Below are positions 56,751-64,000 of a stretch of DNA of 64,000 nucleotides, one piece after another (position 1 is the stretch's first letter; every line of letters begins with the position of its first letter). The stretch comes from Candidatus Kaiserbacteria bacterium (GTDB lineage Bacteria; Patescibacteriota; Minisyncoccia; Phycocordibacterales; UBA2100). Made by a program: the position numbers and the translations under genes. The stretch is from NCBI GenBank assembly GCA_016186765.1, contig JACPLD010000004.1:29287-93286 (forward strand), read 5' to 3'. The notes under the pieces were generated by a model that saw only the letters and a program-made list of their open reading frames with translations, was not told the origin of the DNA and ran no database searches.

Positions 56751-57755
56751 TCACGAAAGTCGCACCTCCGCTCCGCCCTGCTTCAAAGAACGCTCGGCCG
56801 CATCGAGTATCCGCACTACATTCAAGCCAAAACGTGCATCCGAGCGCGGTTTCGAGCCCTTCGATATTGCACGAACAAAATCCTCAACGACTCCCTGCAG
56901 TGCTTCCTTATTGCCAACATTTGGTATGTGGATGTCCCCACTCCGATAATCCATGTACAATCGCCGCTTATCCTCATGGGTTCGCACGGTATAGCCTGCT
57001 TCGTACACTTTGACCTTTTCGATAGCCTCGGTGTCATCATAGGCGATCATCTTTTGGTCTCCCGAAATCAGTATTTGCCGTATCTTCACCGGCGAAACCC
57101 ACGATGTGCCCACGTGCGCTATCAGTCCGTCGTCATAGCGCAACGTCAAGTACGCAATATTTTCGACACCATTCTCCGTGTGCGAGACACCGATTGCATT
57201 TACAAGCGTCGGAATGCGTTCCGTGAGATAGAGTAGAATCGACAAATCATGAGGCGCGAGATCCCAGAGCACGTTCACGTCGCCCTGGAAGAGGCCGAGA
57301 TTGAATCTCGTCGAGCTAAAGCTCTGCAGCGTTCCTAGTTCCCCCGAATCAACAATCTTCTTTATCGTTTCGACAGCGCCGGTGTAGATGTAAGTGTGGT
57401 CGACCATCAGCACCAGTTTCTTTTTCTTCGCGATCGCGATAAGCTCTTCCGCACCATTCAGAGAATCCGCGAGTGGCTTTTCGACGAGCACATGCTTTCC
57501 TGCTTCGAGCGCCGCTTTGGCGAGCGGATAGTGTGTATGCACTGGCGTCGCAACGATGACTGCATCGATATCCCTATTTTCAACAACCTCGCTCGCATCA
57601 GTCGTCGTGCGGATCGTGGGATACATTTTTTTGAGCGCTGCAAGACGCTCAAGCTTCAGGTCAGCAACCACAGAGACATCCACGTCTGTATGGGAGATAA
57701 TATTGCGCAAGATATTCGGACCCCAGTATCCATATCCTATAAGCCCGATTCTCAT
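56751..57755 (-). CDS. Gfo/Idh/MocA-family oxidoreductase (WbpB-like NDP-sugar dehydrogenase)
   Basis: MRIGLIGYGYWGPNIL, VLVEKPLA. Start may be GTG at 57764. Confidence 0.75.
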   Translation of the reverse strand: MRIGLIGYGYWGPNILRNIISHTDVDVSVVADLKLERLAALKKMYPTIRTTTDASEVVENRDIDAVIVATPVHTHYPLAKAALEAGKHVLVEKPLADSLNGAEELIAIAKKKKLVLMVDHTYIYTGAVETIKKIVDSGELGTLQSFSSTRFNLGLFQGDVNVLWDLAPHDLSILLYLTERIPTLVNAIGVSHTENGVENIAYLTLRYDDGLIAHVGTSWVSPVKIRQILISGDQKMIAYDDTEAIEKVKVYEAGYTVRTHEDKRRLYMDYRSGDIHIPNVGNKEALQGVVEDFVRAISKGSKPRSDARFGLNVVRILDAAERSLKQGGAEVRLS

Positions 57756-57782
57756 GGTGCGCACTGTATCACAAACTTGGCA

Positions 57783-57817
57783 CTAGATGACGCAAGCTTT
57801 CGCGCGGGGTATATTCA
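57783..57817. promoter_or_regulatory. Partial copy 3 of the shared motif (AGATGACGCAAGCTTTCGCGCGGGGTATATT) in a divergent promoter region
   Basis: TGACGC-N16-TATATT lies 9 nt before ATG 57824; the reverse complement GCTTGCGTCATCT is shared with copies 1 and 2. Confidence 0.5.
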
Positions 57818-57823
57818 GGAGTA

Positions 57824-59230
57824 ATGAAAAAAAGGGCTCATTTCATCGGCATCGCGGGAATGGGAATGAGCGCTGCCGCGATTCTTCTGAAGGAGCAAGG
57901 CTGGGAGATAAGTGGTTCCGATGCCGATGCCTATCCACCAGGAACGACGCAGCTAAAGCGGCATGGCATTCAGTTCAATACGGCATACAGAGCCTCGAAC
58001 ATCCCCAAGCGCGCCGAGCTCATCGTGATCGGCATGAATGCCAAACTTACGCGCGAGCACAACACGGAAGTGAAGGCCGCACACGAGTCAGGCGTCCGGA
58101 TCACCTCCTTTCCTGAAATACTAGGGGGTCTGGTAGAACGCCGGAAGCCGATGGTCATAGCCGGTTCATATGGTAAGTCGACCATCACCTCGCTCATCGC
58201 ATGGTGCCTATCACGCACAGGAATCGACGCAGGATGGTTCATCGGCGCCGCGCCCGAAAATTTAGAACCAGCTCATCTTGGTACACATCCGGTCTTTATG
58301 CTCGAGGGCGACGAGTATCCGACATCGCACGACGATCCCCGCCCGAAGTTCGCGCACTATCATGCCCACGATGCGCTCATTACGGCCACGAGTCACGACC
58401 ACGTAAACGTATACGAGCAGCATGAAGACTTCCTCAAGCCCTTCCGGACACTCGTCCAAGACCTTCCGAAGGAAGGTGTTCTCACCTTTTGTGGTGACGA
58501 ACCATATGCAGCCTCGCTCGTAAAAAGTGCGAAAGCACGCGTCGTCTCCTACGGCATGACCCCCGCTTCTAAGTGGCACCCACGGAACGTATCGCACGGG
58601 GACACGACGACATTCGACCTCATGCGCGGCGGAGAAATGATCACGAGAATCTCCACGACGCTCATAGGAGATCACAACATCCAAAACATCGTCGGTGCAA
58701 GTGCGATGCTGCTTGAAAAGAAGCTCGTCTTCCCAGACCAGCTCGCATCTGCAGTCAAGGATTTTAAGGGGCTCGCACGACGCCTCGATAAGAAGACCAC
58801 GCGCTCGTCTGTACCAGCGTACGAGGGGTTCGGCTCGTCGCGGGAGAAACTGCGTTCCGCGATCAGCGCTCTTTCGGCGCAGTATCCGGACAAACGTCTC
58901 GTCGTCGTCTTCGAGCCGCACACATTCAGCTGGCGCAATAGAGCGATGCTGCATTGGTTCGACACTGCCTTTGAAGGCGCGGGTCTCGTCGTCCTCTACA
59001 AACCCGCCGAGCAAGGTGCTGCGACGCATGAACAAAGTACGCAAGAGGAGATGGTGACGCGTCTTGCCGCGACTGGCATGAGAGTAATCCCGGCATCAGA
59101 TCCAGACGAAGTCATGACTGTGTTGCGCAGCGAGATCCGCGGGAACGATGTGATCCTGCTTTCTTCATCAGGCGCTATGGATGGCCTTATTTACGGAATC
59201 CCCAAATGGCTCGATAATACCTTTGCATGA
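57824..59230 (+). CDS. Mur ligase family protein (MurC / Mpl-like UDP-N-acetylmuramate ligase)
   Basis: HFIGIAGMGMSAAAILLKEQGWEISGSD N-terminus; AGSYGKSTITSLIA P-loop. Confidence 0.7.
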   Translation: MKKRAHFIGIAGMGMSAAAILLKEQGWEISGSDADAYPPGTTQLKRHGIQFNTAYRASNIPKRAELIVIGMNAKLTREHNTEVKAAHESGVRITSFPEILGGLVERRKPMVIAGSYGKSTITSLIAWCLSRTGIDAGWFIGAAPENLEPAHLGTHPVFMLEGDEYPTSHDDPRPKFAHYHAHDALITATSHDHVNVYEQHEDFLKPFRTLVQDLPKEGVLTFCGDEPYAASLVKSAKARVVSYGMTPASKWHPRNVSHGDTTTFDLMRGGEMITRISTTLIGDHNIQNIVGASAMLLEKKLVFPDQLASAVKDFKGLARRLDKKTTRSSVPAYEGFGSSREKLRSAISALSAQYPDKRLVVVFEPHTFSWRNRAMLHWFDTAFEGAGLVVLYKPAEQGAATHEQSTQEEMVTRLAATGMRVIPASDPDEVMTVLRSEIRGNDVILLSSSGAMDGLIYGIPKWLDNTFA

Positions 59231-59982
59231 GATTCTTCTCGAGCGAACTCGCGCACGACTACAGCACCTACACATTTGGCTATTGCAATTACGGACAGCT
59301 CGAAGAGGGCGATGTGCTCTCCGAAATGTACGCGCGCGGCTATCTTCCCTATTCCGGCTCGCCTGACAGCAAGAGGGTTTTCTACATGGCGCGCAGCGGC
59401 CGCATCTATCTGCCCACCTTTGAGCTCAATAGCGAATGTCGCCGGGTTGCAAAAAAATTCGACGGACTCTACTCACGCGAAACAATTCCCTTCGACAAAT
59501 TTAAGATAACTGAGGAGTTTATTGTCTTCTGGCTGGAATATTTCAAGCGAGCGCATGGACCAACCGTCATGCCGCGCAAGCGGCTGGAATTTGTGCTTAA
59601 TTTCGGCATTATCTCGCAGGTCGGTATATACAAGGACGCAACCGGAAGAACTGGAGGATATACGCTGGAGGTTGAAGATAGTACACTTACCCATGACTGG
59701 TATTTGAGTTACGCAGAACATCTCGATAAAAGTTCCTTCGGCATGTGGCTTTTGATTGATATCGCACGTACTGCCAAGAGTCGCGGCGCGAAATATTACT
59801 ACCCTGGCACTGTATATGGTGATCCCAATTACAAGACAAACCTACCCAACCTCGAGCACTGGAACGGCGAGAAATGGGTGAAGGGTGTGAACAACAAGCG
59901 GCTTCGGGAGCGAACCAAATCCGACGCTGCACGTCGAATCTCGCTTGTCGACCAGTGGAAAGAGAACCATCCACTGTTCTAG
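59227..59982 (+). CDS. Hypothetical protein, possibly GNAT-fold aminoacyl-transferase-like (ATE/Bpt/Fem-like)
   Basis: Co-directional with the Mur ligase, overlapping its stop; a weak resemblance only. Confidence 0.35.
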   Translation: MRFFSSELAHDYSTYTFGYCNYGQLEEGDVLSEMYARGYLPYSGSPDSKRVFYMARSGRIYLPTFELNSECRRVAKKFDGLYSRETIPFDKFKITEEFIVFWLEYFKRAHGPTVMPRKRLEFVLNFGIISQVGIYKDATGRTGGYTLEVEDSTLTHDWYLSYAEHLDKSSFGMWLLIDIARTAKSRGAKYYYPGTVYGDPNYKTNLPNLEHWNGEKWVKGVNNKRLRERTKSDAARRISLVDQWKENHPLF

Positions 59983-59994
59983 TGGCCGACTACG

Positions 59995-61077
59995 TTAGTA
60001 TGTCTTGTATTCTGTTTCAAGGAATTTCTTCACACGTCGTAGGCCCTCTTCTATTTCCTCCACATTGAGCGCATAGCTGAAACGCAGTCGCTCAGGGGCA
60101 CCGAACCACTCACCGCTATAGGTAATGATGCGATGGTTGTAGTGAAGGTCATGCATCGCGCGGTGAGCATTCTTGAACTTTGGCATTATGAAGAAAGCAC
60201 CCTCGGGTTCCCAAACGTCGAGACGGAGCGCCTGCATTCCACGATACATAAAATCGCGCCGCTCTTTCCAGATTTTCGCATGCTCGGCCACGTATGAATC
60301 ACGCTCTCCGAGAGCTGCAAGCGCCATCGCCTGACCCACAAGTGATGTATTCATCGAGGTATGCGACTTCATTTCAACTGCCGTATCAATAATTTCTCTG
60401 TTCTTCGTATAGATATATCCGACCCTGAGTCCACACATCGCATATGTCTTGGAGAACGAATTCACGGTCACGACCTTTTCTCCGTGCAAAAGGTAATTCC
60501 CGCGCACGTAAATGAAGTCTTTGTACACTTCGTCCGAAACGATGTATATGCCCTTCTCTTCGCAAAGCTCTTCGATCTTCTTCAGCATCTCTATCTCTTG
60601 TACAGTGCCTGTCGGATTCGAGGGCGAGTTGATAATGACCGCTCTGCATCCCGCTACATCACGCGCAAACGCTTCAAAATCGATCTTGCCTTTTTGCAAA
60701 TCCGTATAGACCGGGACCATCCCGGTCAAAACAACATTGTGCGGATAGGAATAGTAGTAGGGACGAGGAAGGAGAACCTTGGATCCAAGCGCATCTTTTG
60801 CAATCGCACGTAGCGTGAGATCTATAGCCTCCGAAGCGCCGTTCGTAATGACGAAATCTTCCGGCTCAGCATACGGATATTCCTTAGCAAGCGCGGCGCG
60901 CAACGATTCCGTTCCCTGTACCAGGCCGTACTTGAAGGACCTGAAATGCTCCAAGACCTTGTACACAGAGGGAGGCGGCGGGAGATCGGGTTGGCCGGAG
61001 CCGAATGATATGAGGTCGCTGTCATCCGTCCCCTTTCCTATGAAAAACGCGGGGCTTTCGATCCGCTGTTGAGGCAT
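59995..61077 (-). CDS. PLP-dependent aminotransferase, class I/II
   Basis: INSPSNPTG, SFSKTYAMCGLRVGY (PLP-lysine). Confidence 0.8.
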   Translation of the reverse strand: MPQQRIESPAFFIGKGTDDSDLISFGSGQPDLPPPPSVYKVLEHFRSFKYGLVQGTESLRAALAKEYPYAEPEDFVITNGASEAIDLTLRAIAKDALGSKVLLPRPYYYSYPHNVVLTGMVPVYTDLQKGKIDFEAFARDVAGCRAVIINSPSNPTGTVQEIEMLKKIEELCEEKGIYIVSDEVYKDFIYVRGNYLLHGEKVVTVNSFSKTYAMCGLRVGYIYTKNREIIDTAVEMKSHTSMNTSLVGQAMALAALGERDSYVAEHAKIWKERRDFMYRGMQALRLDVWEPEGAFFIMPKFKNAHRAMHDLHYNHRIITYSGEWFGAPERLRFSYALNVEEIEEGLRRVKKFLETEYKTY

Positions 61078-61149
61078 GAGTGCATCCTAGCATATGTACT
61101 TTTTCGCAAAAATATTCCCTAATACGATATCCACTTGATGCAAAAATCG

Positions 61150-61308
61150 GAGAGCATACAATGCGCATCCACGGTTAGTTGTGGAAGTAGGGTTGAATCC
61201 CCTCACTGTGCCGCAACGGTAAAGCTCCGCCACGGCGGAGATGAGTCCGGTCTTCAACTAATCGTTAATCCCGAGCAGGAGGCCGTCGCATACGACGCGT
61301 AAAGAAAA
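61150..61308 (+). ncRNA. Putative cobalamin (B12) riboswitch-like leader
   Basis: GGGTTGAATCCCCTCACTGTGCC and CGCCACGG resemble the core GGTGAAATCC...ACTGT / GCCACTG. It is followed by an intrinsic terminator and DUF4430 genes. The B12 box is degenerate. Confidence 0.4.
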
Positions 61309-61332
61309 ATCTCCGCTCGGGCGGAGATTTTG
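61309..61332 (+). terminator. Intrinsic terminator / attenuator hairpin ATCTCCGC-tcgg-GCGGAGAT + TTTTG
   Basis: A perfect 8-bp stem with a T-tract, ending 4 nt before ATG 61336. Confidence 0.65.
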
Positions 61333-61335
61333 CGT

Positions 61336-61704
61336 ATGAAAAAATACATTGCACTAACGATCGCAGTTGTGATCCTCGCAGGAGGAGCATTTGTTAGTCA
61401 GCAGTGGTTCATTCAAACATTCAGCACGGCGGAAAATCAAACGGCAACGGTGACATTTACGGTGGATTCAGAAGGCACCGTTCTCGAGACAATGAACGCT
61501 CGCGCCGTCGAAGGAGAACTTTCGTTCTCTGGTCGCGATTTTCCTGGCTTGGGATTTTTTGTCGAAGAAATCAATGGAAAACGGAATGCGAATGGCTTCT
61601 ACTGGATACTACGCATCAACGGAGAACTTTCCGACAGGGGCGTTTCGCAAGCTGTAGTTTCGTCAGGCGACCTCGTCGAGTGGCGCTATGAAAAAGGATA
61701 TTAA
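61336..61704 (+). CDS. DUF4430-domain protein (transcobalamin beta-domain-like), membrane-anchored
   Basis: N-terminal TM/signal segment; FPGLGFFVEEINGKRNANGFYWILRINGE...GDLVEW. The ORF track starts it at TTG 61330. Confidence 0.65.
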   Translation: MKKYIALTIAVVILAGGAFVSQQWFIQTFSTAENQTATVTFTVDSEGTVLETMNARAVEGELSFSGRDFPGLGFFVEEINGKRNANGFYWILRINGELSDRGVSQAVVSSGDLVEWRYEKGY

Positions 61705-61727
61705 CAATTACCAATAATCCGATCCCT

Positions 61728-63353
61728 ATGAACTATCCATTGCGTTTGCTCTCAACTGTCGCCGTACTCTCCTTGTCTCTTGCAATCCCCAGCTTCACGC
61801 TCGCAGAAACAATCGAAGGAAATATCGAACTTCCCGATACGTGCACGGTACTAGACAAAAACGGTACGTCTCACACATTTCCCAAACAGAATTCTCCAAG
61901 CGAATTTCTTGCGGTGTGCGCACTCGCAAAAGCTCTGGAAGTGGGAACCATTACAAGCATGCAGCTCAGTGAATTTCCCGATTTCGGTTTGTTTGTCGAG
62001 GGACTGAGCGGAGTGATTGCCGGTAGTGATGAGTTTTGGGCACTGTGGCTGAACGGCGCATTCGCAGAGTGCGGCATCGAGTGCCTCGTCTTACGGGAAG
62101 GAGACACAGTCTCATTCATCCTCACCTCGTTCGAGGGGGAGGAGCGAGGCGGGAGTGTCATACTGCACATCACCGCGCTCTCGCAAACTCCCGAAACATC
62201 TCCCCCACCACCGAGCGGTGGAACATACCGGCCTCCGCCTGCGCGACCGTTTGAGCTCCCAGACGCGCTGGCATATCTATCGTCGAAGCAGCGCTCCGAC
62301 GGCTCGTTTGGCTCACCCCTTCTCACCGATTGGGCCGCGATCGCTCTTAGTGCCGCGGGTGAGCTTGCCGATGCGAATGTGCGCGAAAAATTGCGAGCCT
62401 ATCTATCGTCGTCCTTGCTTTCAGATCCTTCCGCGACAGATTTAGAGCGACGCACCATGGCGCTCGAAGCTCTCGGCATCGATCCGTACGCTCCCTCGAC
62501 GTCGCTTGGGACAAGCAACTATGTGGACCTTCTCATCGGCCGATTCGATGGAACACAGATGGGTGAAGTAGCGCTCGTAAATGACGACATCTTCGCTATC
62601 TTTCCGCTCGCCCACGCCGGCTACGGAGGAGACGATGCAATGATGCGCGCGATTCTCGACACCATCGTGAAAGCGCAGCAGGCAGACGGTTCGTGGGTAT
62701 CGAGCATCGATCTCACGGCGGCGGCCATCCAAGCGCTCGTACCCTTTCACGGCCATCCCGGCGTATCGAGCGCACTTTCGAAAGCAGAAGGCTATCTGCG
62801 CGGGCGACAGGTCGCTAGCGGCGGGTTCGGACAGAATAGCTTTTCGACGAGCTGGGTTTTGCAGGCAATCGCCGCGCTCAATCAAAAGCCGAGCGATTGG
62901 AATCTCTTCGAGATCACGCCGCTCGGGCACCTTGGCAACATGCAGCAGGGCGATGGAGGCCTGGAGTCGGTGAGTGCTCCAGACGATACACGCATCTGGG
63001 CAACAACGTATGCGATACCTGCAGCGCTAGCACGGCCATGGCACATGATACTGAAGGATTTCTCGCGCCCTACAGCAGCAGCGACGTCCACAACTAGTGC
63101 CGAAGTGATACGACCTCCGATACTCGGAATAGTTTCCGCCCCCATACAAACATCTCGTCCCACACCAGCCGCCCTACCATCTCAAACGACCTCTTCAGAG
63201 ATTGAACGCGTGGCGACAACGACAGAAAGCACGACTACCGCCCAGATCGCGGCAGTTTCGCAGAGTACGAACGAATCGAACAGTACATGGCTCTGGCTCT
63301 CTGGATTGCTGCTTATTATCGGCGGGACCTTTTATTTCCTACGGCGCACTTGA
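61728..63353 (+). CDS. Surface protein: N-terminal DUF4430 domain plus prenyltransferase/terpene-cyclase-like alpha/alpha-toroid domain, Ser/Thr-rich linker and C-terminal TM anchor
   Basis: Signal peptide; FPDFGLFVEGLSGVIAGSDEFWALWLNGAF (DUF4430); repeated QxDGSW/GGFG toroid motifs; C-terminal TWLWLSGLLLIIGGTFYFLRRT. Confidence 0.65.
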   Translation: MNYPLRLLSTVAVLSLSLAIPSFTLAETIEGNIELPDTCTVLDKNGTSHTFPKQNSPSEFLAVCALAKALEVGTITSMQLSEFPDFGLFVEGLSGVIAGSDEFWALWLNGAFAECGIECLVLREGDTVSFILTSFEGEERGGSVILHITALSQTPETSPPPPSGGTYRPPPARPFELPDALAYLSSKQRSDGSFGSPLLTDWAAIALSAAGELADANVREKLRAYLSSSLLSDPSATDLERRTMALEALGIDPYAPSTSLGTSNYVDLLIGRFDGTQMGEVALVNDDIFAIFPLAHAGYGGDDAMMRAILDTIVKAQQADGSWVSSIDLTAAAIQALVPFHGHPGVSSALSKAEGYLRGRQVASGGFGQNSFSTSWVLQAIAALNQKPSDWNLFEITPLGHLGNMQQGDGGLESVSAPDDTRIWATTYAIPAALARPWHMILKDFSRPTAAATSTTSAEVIRPPILGIVSAPIQTSRPTPAALPSQTTSSEIERVATTTESTTTAQIAAVSQSTNESNSTWLWLSGLLLIIGGTFYFLRRT

Positions 63354-63361
63354 AAAATCGG

Positions 63362-63445
63362 TGGGTGCGAGAGGACTCGAACCTCCAATCCCTTTCGAGA
63401 ACTAGCTCCTGAAGCTAGCGTGTCTACCAATTCCACCACGCACCC
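63362..63445 (-). tRNA. tRNA-Leu (anticodon CAG)
   Basis: Manual fold: acceptor GGGTGCG/CGCACCC, D-stem GTG/CAC, anticodon stem CTAGC/GCTAG with loop TTCAGGA, 15-nt variable arm, T-arm GGAGG-TTCGAGT-CCTCT, discriminator A. 84 nt. Confidence 0.8.
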
Positions 63446-63505
63446 GTCGCGCAAACTATAGCAGAAACTCACTGCTTAGGCAGGGACGTGCACCTACCAT
63501 TCATC

Positions 63506-63988
63506 TCATCCGCGACGCGCAAACTCGGGCATCTTTGCATTAACACTACGCAGCGCCGCAACGAGTCGGCGTTGGGCCTTCTCACTGGAACAAGGATCAC
63601 GATGCCTTGACCCTGTAAGAGTTTTAATCTTAATCGGCTCTTGATTTTCATCTCTCAGAAACGACAAGTCGTGAGGAACGATGCCGTCTTTCTCCCCTCC
63701 GAGAACGACTGTCGGATACTCCCCTGCGTGGTGTGGCTTGTACGCGATAGTATCTTGTACTCTTTTCATGTTCGCCCACCGCACGAAGAACCCCGCCTCA
63801 GGATCAAGCGGACAGTTATGTACAACGAGACCGAGGTGACCAGGGTGCTTCTCAGCGAGCGCATCAGTGACCGTTTTCGCGATTAACCCGCCTATTGAGT
63901 ACCCTAGAAGCCGGACAGAGGCACCCCGGGCAAGATGCTCTTCAGTGAGTTTCAGAAGATGCGATTGAAGCGCGTGAATGCGGCTCAA
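63506..63988 (-). CDS. Alpha/beta-hydrolase-fold protein (possibly 5' partial at the window end)
   Basis: GYSIGG nucleophile elbow (GxSxG). The ORF starts at TTG 63986-63988 with no upstream in-frame stop before the window end. Confidence 0.5.
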   Translation of the reverse strand: MSRIHALQSHLLKLTEEHLARGASVRLLGYSIGGLIAKTVTDALAEKHPGHLGLVVHNCPLDPEAGFFVRWANMKRVQDTIAYKPHHAGEYPTVVLGGEKDGIVPHDLSFLRDENQEPIKIKTLTGSRHRDPCSSEKAQRRLVAALRSVNAKMPEFARRG

Positions 63989-64000
63989 GTCACGAGCACT

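Noticed and set aside
61228-61252. AGTCCGGTCTTC as a canonical B12 box
   Set aside because: It matches the consensus (rAGYCMGgAgaCCkGCC) only partially. The riboswitch call therefore rests mainly on other core segments, the terminator and gene context, and is kept at modest confidence.
63353-63361. A CCA end being encoded for tRNA-Leu
   Set aside because: The sequence following the discriminator base is CCG rather than CCA, so CCA is presumably added post-transcriptionally. The tRNA coordinates therefore exclude it.

Overview
This 64-kb window is high-GC (about 58-60% by eye) and densely coded, and most of it is a cell-surface glycan biosynthesis supercluster. Shine-Dalgarno motifs are rare; several genes have sigma70-like -35/-10 boxes only a few nucleotides before the ATG, so their mRNAs look leaderless. 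Many listed ORFs are antisense or N-terminal-extension artefacts of the high GC content, and one real gene (minus strand, <1..1250) is missing from the ORF track because it runs off the window edge. Taxonomy cannot be determined; several features (a ComEA-PKD-LTD fusion, SD-poor leaderless architecture, DUF4430 proteins) resemble uncultivated Patescibacteria-like genomes, but the high GC is atypical for that group.

Content, in order:
1. A nonulosonic-acid cluster (pseudaminic/legionaminic-like): PseB, PseC, two NeuB-family synthases (one fused to a xylose-isomerase-like TIM barrel), a cytidylyltransferase, a formyltransferase, a class-III aminotransferase, SDR, AKR and methyltransferase genes, flanked by two KpsS/KpsC-like transferases.
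2. An ABC exporter.
3. A dispersed ADP-heptose pathway (GmhA, GmhB, HldE adenylyltransferase part, HldD, a GT9 heptosyltransferase, the kinase located elsewhere).
4. An operon of Zn-alcohol dehydrogenase, TPP-dependent E1 alpha/beta and heptose kinase, suggesting a C-branched sugar.
5. At least ten GT4/GT2 glycosyltransferases, three or four GT-C membrane transferases, RmlA/RmlB, and ArnB/WbpBDE-like aminosugar modules with GtrA/GtrB-like components.
6. Non-glycan genes: a ComEA-PKD-LTD protein with a VirD4/TraD-like ATPase, RsmI, a Mur ligase, a tRNA-Leu(CAG), and a cobalamin-riboswitch-like leader with an intrinsic terminator upstream of two DUF4430 (transcobalamin beta-domain-like) surface proteins.
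7. Non-coding features: a 38-bp palindromic motif repeated in three 5' regions, a roughly 187-bp nested palindrome between two convergent GT-C genes, and a 7-bp iterated repeat next to a GC hairpin.
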